DNA from: a phage
Length of the DNA: 64,000 bases
NCBI GenBank assembly: GCA_012557565.1
Contig: GCA_012557565.1_3926.1
Strand: one strand, 5' to 3'
In this document: positions 56,642 to 64,000 of the stretch, one piece after another
Layout: the number at the start of each line of letters is the position of its first letter
Position numbering within the stretch: position 1 is the stretch's first letter
Program-made: the position numbers and the translations under genes
The notes under the pieces: model-generated
Databases searched by the model: none
Told to the model about the DNA's origin: nothing
Seen by the model: only the letters and a program-made list of their open reading frames with translations

Positions 56642-56910
56642 TTTGTAAATCCTTTGATAATGAACCAGTTCAGAACACGCTTCACAATCCTGTTCGGATG
56701 GTAAATAAGGTGAGGTTGTGGTTCATAACTTCCATAAGCCCAAAAAGATAAAATCTTTCCACATCCACAGCAACGGGTGTACTCTTCAGCGATGTTGCCA
56801 GAGACAATCTCTGAAACTTCACCTTGGAAGTTCTCACCTCCACAATGGCAGCATTTAACTGGCTCACCATCATTCATGTAACACTGTGATACTCCGCTTA
56901 AGATTTTCAT
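56638..56910 (-). CDS. small zinc-ribbon-like protein
   Basis: CCHCGG ... CCGCGK cysteine clusters; 90 aa. Confidence 0.45.
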   Translation of the reverse strand: MKILSGVSQCYMNDGEPVKCCHCGGENFQGEVSEIVSGNIAEEYTRCCGCGKILSFWAYGSYEPQPHLIYHPNRIVKRVLNWFIIKGFTK

Positions 56911-57422
56911 TTTTTGTTTACCTTAAAAGTGCGTTCAAATTTTAGTATGAAATCAAGGTCATCAACTTCACTTGACAGGAAATCTTCAAAGTGTTTTGGA
57001 ACAAAGTCTAAGAAACTCATAGAACCAAAGTCACCTGTCAGTTTGATAGTCCCTTGTTCATACTCAGCAGTTACTACATGACCACCTTCGGTCTGCTTAA
57101 CAATCTCTACAATATCAGCTATGAAGATGTTTAGCAATGCTTTAAAGCTTCTTGGATACTGTGTATCTGAGTACAGCTCAATACTTGGCTCCAGATTAAC
57201 TTCAATAGAACGACTATCCCGTAGCTCTGGAGTAAATAAGTGAGCAGGAAGAACACACAAGGAATCAGCAGTGTCTTCATCAATGAACTCAATAGTTCCT
57301 GCATCATAGTTAGTGTCAATCAAGAATGTCTTCTTAGTATGATTTGTGGGCTTCATATGCTCAGACAACATTGATTTCAAGAACTCTGCTTCAGGCTGAC
57401 AAAGGGTAATTCCAATTTTCAT
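56907..57422 (-). CDS. hypothetical protein
   Basis: 171-aa ORF. Confidence 0.5.
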   Translation of the reverse strand: MKIGITLCQPEAEFLKSMLSEHMKPTNHTKKTFLIDTNYDAGTIEFIDEDTADSLCVLPAHLFTPELRDSRSIEVNLEPSIELYSDTQYPRSFKALLNIFIADIVEIVKQTEGGHVVTAEYEQGTIKLTGDFGSMSFLDFVPKHFEDFLSSEVDDLDFILKFERTFKVNKK

Positions 57423-57423
57423 G

Positions 57424-57927
57424 TTAAACCTCTACAAAAGTATCCTTGTCATTATCGTACTTGAAGAATTTTATACACTTTTGTGTATTCCAGTCAACCT
57501 TTTCATCATAAACAAGACCTTTTGCTACATGCTTTCCAATAGTCTGTATGATGATTTCACGGAGTTTCATATACTCCTTCCAAGCTCTGGAGCCAATAGT
57601 TATATTAAATTTATTATAGCTCTCAACAGCTTGCTCATTCCAACGAATCTCATTTGGGCTTACAGGTTTGTAAAGATGTGGAAGCATCTCATAGCCCATA
57701 TGACCTTCTTCTTTGGCTAGTTCGAGTTGGTGAAGATACTCATTCAACCGTCCATCTTCCTCAAGCCACCTGTGAAGTGTCTGCAAGCCTAAAATGTTGT
57801 TATTGAAGTGTGATGCACGTTTCACAGAACCTAAATCACAACGGTAATCTGACTTTGGTAGTGAAAGTATGCTACCCTGTAATACACTGTAACCAAAGTA
57901 TAAATCAAGTTTTAAGGGAAGAGACAT
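57424..57927 (-). CDS. hypothetical protein
   Basis: 167-aa ORF. Confidence 0.5.
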   Translation of the reverse strand: MSLPLKLDLYFGYSVLQGSILSLPKSDYRCDLGSVKRASHFNNNILGLQTLHRWLEEDGRLNEYLHQLELAKEEGHMGYEMLPHLYKPVSPNEIRWNEQAVESYNKFNITIGSRAWKEYMKLREIIIQTIGKHVAKGLVYDEKVDWNTQKCIKFFKYDNDKDTFVEV

Positions 57928-58271
57928 TTGATATCCTCATTTTTAAACACAAAAGTTGTGTAGTTGTGACCATCAACATCTAACCAGACAGCCTTGACTT
58001 CAACACCATCTAGGTTCTCTGACAACTCTTTGATGAAGTGGTCTCGTACCTTTTTAGCACTTGTAGTTTCAAGTTTGATGTTAGAGATTGCAGAGCCAAT
58101 TGCCATATAACCTCTTACATGGTTTGCTTCAGTATGCTTCATACCACCAGTTGTGTAAACCTCTTTCAAGGTCTCCAGAATTGCATTACCATAAAGTTTC
58201 TCTGCTGGAGTTGGTTTACCATAGAAGCCAATTGCAAAGTTATCATTAAAGATTGCATTTTCACGTTTCAT
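57912..58271 (-). CDS. hypothetical protein
   Basis: 119-aa ORF. Confidence 0.5.
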   Translation of the reverse strand: MKRENAIFNDNFAIGFYGKPTPAEKLYGNAILETLKEVYTTGGMKHTEANHVRGYMAIGSAISNIKLETTSAKKVRDHFIKELSENLDGVEVKAVWLDVDGHNYTTFVFKNEDIKCLFP

Positions 58272-58272
58272 A

Positions 58273-58572
58273 TTAATCTGCCAGCCTTAAGTTAAAATTT
58301 ACACCAAGTTTTGTACAAGCATTAAGCATGTACTCTAAAGAAATCTTTTGAGGGTCGTTAATGATATTTGACACACGACTCTGTGAGATTTCACAAACAG
58401 TTGCTACTTGAGCCTGAGAAAGTTTTAGCTTCTCAATCTCTTTAGAGAATCTGAAAGATACAAAGTCTTTCATCTCTTCTATATCCATTGGACAGATATA
58501 ACTCTCCATTTCAGCCTCTCTATCAGCCTCCCAAGAATCTTGAGGTGCATATGGGTCAAAGACTTCATTCAT
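58273..58572 (-). CDS. helix-turn-helix (XRE-like) DNA-binding protein
   Basis: Segment LKLSQAQVATVCEISQSRVSNIIN resembles the Cro/C1-type HTH. Confidence 0.5.
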   Translation of the reverse strand: MNEVFDPYAPQDSWEADREAEMESYICPMDIEEMKDFVSFRFSKEIEKLKLSQAQVATVCEISQSRVSNIINDPQKISLEYMLNACTKLGVNFNLRLAD

Positions 58573-58768
58573 CTTTCTTTCTCCGTTTTCGAGAAGTGTC
58601 TATTAACGAATCAAGATTAGTTGCTCTGACGTTTTCACGAGTCCCATTGATGTAGTTATCCAAAGACTCTACAACGGTTGAGTAATCACTTGCCCAAACT
58701 CTGTAAATAACTACTCCGTCATCATTGACTACTTCACCATAGTCTGTTCTACAGATGTTCTTCTTCAT
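58565..58768 (-). CDS. hypothetical small protein
   Basis: 67-aa ORF. Confidence 0.45.
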   Translation of the reverse strand: MKKNICRTDYGEVVNDDGVVIYRVWASDYSTVVESLDNYINGTRENVRATNLDSLIDTSRKRRKKDE

Positions 58769-58770
58769 GA

Positions 58771-59157
58771 TTATAAACCTATGCAGTGACGATTTTCAAT
58801 AAAGTATTGAACACCTTTGAAAGACTCACGCATAAAGTTGTCTTTCACATCTTCTACAGTCTCAATACCTTTGCTATCAAGAAGGTCAACGTTCTGAGTG
58901 ACCATCTCATCTGCTAATCTGTCATAGTAATCTCCCATAAAATGGTAGTTGTAGTCAACCATCTTATCAGTCATTTCTTGAACAGTCTGAGCAGACAACG
59001 GTTTAGTCAACTCTCCAGCATTTGAAGCGATTTTCTGTACAATCTTACAAGATTCTAAAGCGACACCATTAAAGTTTGCTTCAGGCATCTTCATAGCTGC
59101 TGCACTAAAACTCATACCAATAGCAATGACACTAACAAGTAACTTTTTCATAAACAC
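58771..59157 (-). CDS. hypothetical secreted protein
   Basis: N-terminal signal peptide MFMKKLLVSVIAIGMSFSAAA. Confidence 0.5.
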   Translation of the reverse strand: MFMKKLLVSVIAIGMSFSAAAMKMPEANFNGVALESCKIVQKIASNAGELTKPLSAQTVQEMTDKMVDYNYHFMGDYYDRLADEMVTQNVDLLDSKGIETVEDVKDNFMRESFKGVQYFIENRHCIGL

Positions 59158-59392
59158 CTCCGAGGTTTCTGACGGGTTCCTATATAATTTTCTATATAGG
59201 TAGTATACCCGTCAGGTTACTCATGTCAACAATTTTATACTAAATACATTCTAACTGCTGCATTTACTGCAAATGACAACAGAGTAAGGGCTAAGGCTGC
59301 TTTGTATGTTATGCTTAAAAGTTTACTTATGAAGTAAGATAATGATAAAACAACAAAAACAAACAGGATAATTGTGCTAAACATACTAACCT

Positions 59393-60493
59393 CTATTCAT
59401 AATCTCGAATTACTAGCCCAACAGGGAACTGTAAAGAACCCTTACGAGTCATCTTCTGGAACTGAACCGTTAAAGGCTTCCCGATAAACTCTTCAGGATG
59501 TTCAGTAAGATACTTTTTCTTCTCGTGTGTAGTTTTCCATGAAACATCTACAAAGACGTTAGGAAGAGTCTCTACAACGAACTTACCATGACCACGTTTA
59601 TCAGTCTTTACACCAGTTACTTTAAATTCCTGTGTGTGCATCTTCTTGTGCTTAATCAGGAAGTAAGAGCGATGACCACACTCATAGAACGAATCTGGTG
59701 AGATTGACCGATACATTGCCCCTTCAAACTTGAGTTTAACCCAGTTGTCATGAGCATTATCAAATTCTTCCCAAGAGTTAACACGGATTGTCTGAACAGG
59801 TACAACCCTGCAAGCATCACCGAGTTCAACGATTGGTGAATTATCAATAACTTCACGACGCTCAGGCCAAGATTTAGTCTTGTCACAGATATCATACCAG
59901 TAGAATTTAAGAAGGTGACGGTCTGGATTGTCAGCATTCTTAATCATAGATACAATATCTTCCAAGTCCCAACCATGAGCATAAATCTCCCCGTCGAAAT
60001 CCTCAACATCTTTGTGCAGTTTCAGCATAAGAAGAACATCAGGAATCAACTCTACAGGAATGTTGTATACCGTGTTCTCACGAGAATATGCCGTAAAACT
60101 TTCTGAGTCAGCATCTCTTGAAATCCTGCAACGAACACCATCAAGTTTAGGTTGAGCATCGGCAGGGAATACCAGATACTTCTTGTGACTTATCTTGGAA
60201 GCATCCTGAGCAAGCTGTACACCAACCTTCTCAACATTCTCTGCTTCAGATTTTGTGTAAGCATATCCTTTACGGTCAACCTGCTTCTTGTACTTAGCAG
60301 CAACTTCAAAGAGAGCTTGCTGTTCAGCATTACGCTCATTCTTCTTACCGATGTTCTTAGGTTCTGCTGTGTACTCTTCAAACATCATCTTGCCATTTTC
60401 TTTACCATAAGTTGTGACGACTTTATCACCTACAGCAACACATGACCAGACGTTGAAAGAACCATCTTTGTTTTGTTTGTACAGAATTGTCAT
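59393..60493 (-). CDS. ATP-dependent polynucleotide ligase (DNA ligase likely)
   Basis: Nucleotidyltransferase motif I KLDGVR, motif III FDGEIY, motif IV-like EGAMYR, motif V LIKHKK; sits in replication gene block. Confidence 0.6.
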   Translation of the reverse strand: MTILYKQNKDGSFNVWSCVAVGDKVVTTYGKENGKMMFEEYTAEPKNIGKKNERNAEQQALFEVAAKYKKQVDRKGYAYTKSEAENVEKVGVQLAQDASKISHKKYLVFPADAQPKLDGVRCRISRDADSESFTAYSRENTVYNIPVELIPDVLLMLKLHKDVEDFDGEIYAHGWDLEDIVSMIKNADNPDRHLLKFYWYDICDKTKSWPERREVIDNSPIVELGDACRVVPVQTIRVNSWEEFDNAHDNWVKLKFEGAMYRSISPDSFYECGHRSYFLIKHKKMHTQEFKVTGVKTDKRGHGKFVVETLPNVFVDVSWKTTHEKKKYLTEHPEEFIGKPLTVQFQKMTRKGSLQFPVGLVIRDYE

Positions 60494-60574
60494 TTATTAC
60501 GTGCCTCACAAGCTAGACAACCTTTTGTGAAAAATGAGTGCCAAGAGCACCCTCCAAAATCTTCATCAATCACT

Positions 60575-60823
60575 TTAATAAAAATCTTCATGCAAGACCT
60601 CACTTGAAATCTGAGAGCATTTATTATCTGTGAAGTAATTGTCAAGAGCCTTTAAGTGTTTTTGATACTCATCACGGCTTACGGGTTCAATGTTTCGGTC
60701 TTCACAAACACACAGATAGTTACCATATGTGCAGTCATGCCCCCACAATATTGGGATTATGGATATTGCCTCATTTTTGTCATTTTGCATATCAATTAAC
60801 TGGTCTTCTCTACTCATTGCCAC
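60575..60823 (-). CDS. hypothetical protein
   Basis: 82-aa ORF. Confidence 0.45.
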   Translation of the reverse strand: MAMSREDQLIDMQNDKNEAISIIPILWGHDCTYGNYLCVCEDRNIEPVSRDEYQKHLKALDNYFTDNKCSQISSEVLHEDFY

Positions 60824-61071
60824 TTACCTTTTAAATACACATTTACAACTTGGTGGTCATAACCATCTTTAAGTTTATGCTTGACCTCTTCAACTCTGTA
60901 GTTCCAATCATTAATCTCAACAGTCTCCCCTTCTCGGGGAATAACTGGATTGCGTTGAGCTACAGTCATAGTGCTGAAGATGTTTTCATACTTATAGATA
61001 AAGTTTACCAGAACCTGCATATCAATATCCTCCATCAAAAACTGTAGTGTGTGACTGACTATTCTTTCCAT
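60814..61071 (-). CDS. hypothetical protein
   Basis: 85-aa ORF. Confidence 0.45.
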   Translation of the reverse strand: MERIVSHTLQFLMEDIDMQVLVNFIYKYENIFSTMTVAQRNPVIPREGETVEINDWNYRVEEVKHKLKDGYDHQVVNVYLKGKWQ

Positions 61072-61267
61072 ACTTGTAAGAAGTTGTAGTCTGAGAATTT
61101 GGGCAGCGAACTACAATAACATCCCTGCTAATGGCATCACCATTAAGTTTATAAATCTTGCAGTCTTGCATTTCTGGAGGAAGTCTGTAAGAAGCATCCT
61201 TATTCTCATAAGAAGGGTTGCACCCCACCAGTAAGACTACTAAAGCTGGTATCAATAATTTTAACAT
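61022..61267 (-). CDS. hypothetical lipoprotein (start trimmed from track 61399 to internal Met)
   Basis: MLKLLIPALVVLLVGC: signal peptide with lipobox LVGC; the longer track ORF would overlap the upstream gene. Confidence 0.45.
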   Translation of the reverse strand: MLKLLIPALVVLLVGCNPSYENKDASYRLPPEMQDCKIYKLNGDAISRDVIVVRCPNSQTTTSYKYGKNSQSHTTVFDGGY

Positions 61268-61277
61268 TTTAAACCTC

Positions 61278-61505
61278 TCAATAAAATAAGTCTGAAGCTT
61301 TTGGAGATTCATTAAAGATACTCCATCCAGTTTTCTGCCAAGGTTCCCCCTTGTACCATGCAGCCATTGGGTAACCCATTTCACATACAACCTTTCCATC
61401 TTTCATTTCAAAGAACTCATCAGATGTGAAATTTTCATTTCGAACTTTCTTGCCCTGTTTCATAGCTTCGAGAGCTTCTTCGTATGTCATTTTTGGTGTC
61501 TCCAA
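61278..61505 (-). CDS. hypothetical protein
   Basis: 75-aa ORF. Confidence 0.45.
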   Translation of the reverse strand: METPKMTYEEALEAMKQGKKVRNENFTSDEFFEMKDGKVVCEMGYPMAAWYKGEPWQKTGWSIFNESPKASDLFY

Positions 61506-61696
61506 AATTCAATGTCAATAAGTTCCTGTGCAATACTCTTCAGATTCCCTTTCAAGAAAACCTTTTCAGAGTTAGGTAGACTTGCATTATCAATGAGTCT
61601 ATTCATTCTGTCAAAAAGAGTTTTCTTCCGATTCTTGATAGTCTCTTTTGAAGCACCTTGCATCATAGCGAGATGAGTTCTTCCACGATGGCTCAT
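61487..61696 (-). CDS. hypothetical basic protein
   Basis: 69-aa ORF. Confidence 0.4.
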   Translation of the reverse strand: MSHRGRTHLAMMQGASKETIKNRKKTLFDRMNRLIDNASLPNSEKVFLKGNLKSIAQELIDIEFWRHQK

Positions 61697-61893
61697 AGAC
61701 GTTCACCTTTAAGGTATCCTGTCTTATCCTTGATAATCTTACCTCCAGCAATAAAAATATCAATCTTGCTAAGACTTTCATTAGAAAGCTTGAGGTGCTT
61801 ATGGCTACTGCAAATGATGATGCACATAGCCTCAATCTCACTTTGAGAATATCCAGCACATTGCAGTTGAACTTCAATTTCTGAAATAGTCAT
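61693..61893 (-). CDS. hypothetical small protein
   Basis: 66-aa ORF; an alternative overlapping frame (61611-61877) exists. Confidence 0.35.
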   Translation of the reverse strand: MTISEIEVQLQCAGYSQSEIEAMCIIICSSHKHLKLSNESLSKIDIFIAGGKIIKDKTGYLKGERL

Positions 61894-61954
61894 ACAAATC
61901 TCCTATACAATATATAGTATAAGGTACTCTTCCATGAGCACCTTGTCAACACTA

Positions 61955-63985
61955 TTAGTGGACTTCAAGCCACGATTTACCAACTTTCCCTGCACCTGTG
62001 ACCAATGTCTCTTTTCTTAGTCCAAGGTTCTTAGATGCTTGACCATAATACCAGTCAGTTACTGCTTTCACATCTGCTGTCATGCTCTCTGGACATTCCC
62101 AGCTTGTTTCATCGTGGTAAGCACAGAGTAAGCGAGCACCAATAGCTGGTTTACGACCATTCAACTTCATCAAACCCTCATCAATCATACGACGACATGC
62201 AAGGTTGATTGCTTCATTCTGAACTTGTGCTTCTGAACCCATCAACAAATAGTTCAAGAGTTTGTGTGGAGACTTACACCACAGCCAAGCCCCAGCAACC
62301 TTCACAAAACCACCTTTAGAGATTGCAGCAGTCTTACCAAACACCTCTTCAAGTGCTTTCTTAGTTGCTTTGAAATCAGCTTCCAAGTTGTCTAACAGTT
62401 TCTTAATCTTCGGTAAACGCACAAAGTAAGTCTGCTTAGTCAATGCACCTTCCTGAGTAGTTGCTGCTTTAATTGTTTTAGCAAACTTCTCATCACCTGC
62501 ACCGAACAACAGGGCATAGATACCATTCTTAGCTTTCTTACGTCCCTTGCTAATCTCATGAAGAAGATTCTCATCCTGAGTAGCACGACAAGTCAAGATA
62601 TCTTGCTCATCATTAAGGCTGAAGTAGATACTGTTCAGAGTGTGAGCATCAGTCCCTGAGTAAACTACGTACAAATCGTTTTCAGAGTCATAACGCAGAT
62701 ACTTGTCAATCTCTGGATTCAGATACTGGTCAAAGTGTTTGCAGTAGTATCTTCCATCCTCTTGACGAACAAACTCAATCTCTTCTTTACCCTCTGTTAC
62801 CGCTTTGGTGAAGTCTTTATCACCCATGAAGTTACAGAGTAGTACAAGCTGTGCAGAGTTCATATCAACAGATACTACGTTGGTTCCCTCTTCACAAATC
62901 CACACTGCCCTCATTGGCTCACCGTAAACAGCAGCACCAGAAGGTACGTTTACAATACCATACTGAGTCATACGTCCAGTAGAAGTACCAAACACCATTG
63001 CACCTGCACTCAAACGACCATCTGGACGAATCTGGTTCAGCCAACCTTTCTCATCATCCTTTGAGTTCTCAATAGTCCTGCGTCGGTGCATCAAAGTGTA
63101 GTACTTCGCAATCTTCTGTCCAAGCTCACCTTCGATTGTATCATAAGAAGACTCTGTAAGCTTTGGTGAAGTCCTAATCAAGCAAGGTTCAAGCACATCT
63201 GTGTACTTCTTAACAGACCAGTTATGCTCGATGTAATAGACACCTTCATGCTCAATATAGTTCAACCCACAACGCTCAACCATCTCATCCCACTTAGGAT
63301 GTTTGCGAATCATCTTTTTGTTGTCTTTGAATCTACAAACCTTGATAGGACGACCATCAGAATCTTTTTTATAGTTCCAATCATCAGGAATCCAGCCAAC
63401 GGATTTTAAGTAATCCTTCACCACAGCTACCTGAGTCATTCGTGAAACTTCAAACTCAATTGGTGTAAATGGTGCATCAATTAAACCAGTGTAGCGACTA
63501 GACTCTAACTCAAAGTGATTAACAACGTGAACATTGTAGTACTTCACAGTTTTCACAGTCTTAACTGGCTTCCAATCTTTACACTTCTTGCCAATCTTCT
63601 CATTCAGTTCATTACAAACTGCACGAGCATCTTTCATTGCTACAAAACCTTCAGGGTACTCTTCTTTTGTGACCGTGTTAGTTGGTGTGTAGCAGTTGCG
63701 TTTCTCAACGTTAAAAATCTTTGTAGTTGGCTTTCCATATGGCTTGATAGGGTATTGCTTCAACTCACCTTCACGCATCTGTTCACGATACTTTGTCTTA
63801 GGATACTTGGTAATCCTTTTTAACCCATCAACGTGACCAAACGTATCCACATACTCATTCCAAGACTTAGCAAACTCTTCACCTGTGACTTTACCTTTTG
63901 TCTTGATAGTCGGTGGTAGGTGTGGCTCAACTTCAGCAGCTAACTCATTAGTCAACTTGTCAAGTTCTTTAACGTGGAACTGCAT
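61955..63985 (-). CDS. family A DNA polymerase (N-terminus may extend beyond window end)
   Basis: Motif A-like DMNSAQLVLLCNFMGD, motif B-like RKKAKNGIYALLFGAG, motif C HDE near C-terminus; minus-strand frame is still open at the window edge. Confidence 0.75.
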   Translation of the reverse strand: MQFHVKELDKLTNELAAEVEPHLPPTIKTKGKVTGEEFAKSWNEYVDTFGHVDGLKRITKYPKTKYREQMREGELKQYPIKPYGKPTTKIFNVEKRNCYTPTNTVTKEEYPEGFVAMKDARAVCNELNEKIGKKCKDWKPVKTVKTVKYYNVHVVNHFELESSRYTGLIDAPFTPIEFEVSRMTQVAVVKDYLKSVGWIPDDWNYKKDSDGRPIKVCRFKDNKKMIRKHPKWDEMVERCGLNYIEHEGVYYIEHNWSVKKYTDVLEPCLIRTSPKLTESSYDTIEGELGQKIAKYYTLMHRRRTIENSKDDEKGWLNQIRPDGRLSAGAMVFGTSTGRMTQYGIVNVPSGAAVYGEPMRAVWICEEGTNVVSVDMNSAQLVLLCNFMGDKDFTKAVTEGKEEIEFVRQEDGRYYCKHFDQYLNPEIDKYLRYDSENDLYVVYSGTDAHTLNSIYFSLNDEQDILTCRATQDENLLHEISKGRKKAKNGIYALLFGAGDEKFAKTIKAATTQEGALTKQTYFVRLPKIKKLLDNLEADFKATKKALEEVFGKTAAISKGGFVKVAGAWLWCKSPHKLLNYLLMGSEAQVQNEAINLACRRMIDEGLMKLNGRKPAIGARLLCAYHDETSWECPESMTADVKAVTDWYYGQASKNLGLRKETLVTGAGKVGKSWLEVH

Positions 63986-64000
63986 AAGCTCTACATCAGC

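Overview
This window reads as a gene-dense, AT-rich segment of a virulent tailed bacteriophage genome; no integrase, transposase or CRISPR array was seen. All calls are from reading the sequence and ORF track by eye, with no searches run, so coordinates of RNA features may be off by a few nt and anticodon calls are hand-folded. Layout: (1) 0-14.3 kb, + strand early-type region: a large unknown protein, a secreted SLT-like transglycosylase, a HAD phosphatase, a spanin-like pair, a macro-domain protein, then an array of about 17 small ORFs, 14 of which share a conserved 5' leader and sit behind sigma70-like promoters with stem-loops. (2) 14.3-15.9 kb: a 1.6-kb non-coding region packed with short phased repeats. 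(3) 15.9-23.5 kb: minus-strand block of unknown proteins plus a T4-type lysozyme flanked by two paralogues. (4) 23.9-25.8 kb: a small basic protein and a vWA/MIDAS protein. (5) 25.9-31.2 kb: about 27 tRNA genes interspersed with conserved hairpin elements, structured non-coding stretches, and tandem paralogous small ORFs. (6) 31.4-54.5 kb: structural module with large terminase, portal, S49-like protease/scaffold, major capsid, sheath- and tube-like proteins, chaperone pair with a -1 frameshift site, tape measure, baseplate-like proteins and two HxH-repeat tail fibres. (7) 55.2-64 kb, minus strand: thymidylate synthase, DHFR, ligase, family A DNA polymerase. Most promising leads: the early cassette array with its shared leader, the repeat-rich non-coding region, and the vWA protein next to the RNA-rich tRNA cluster.
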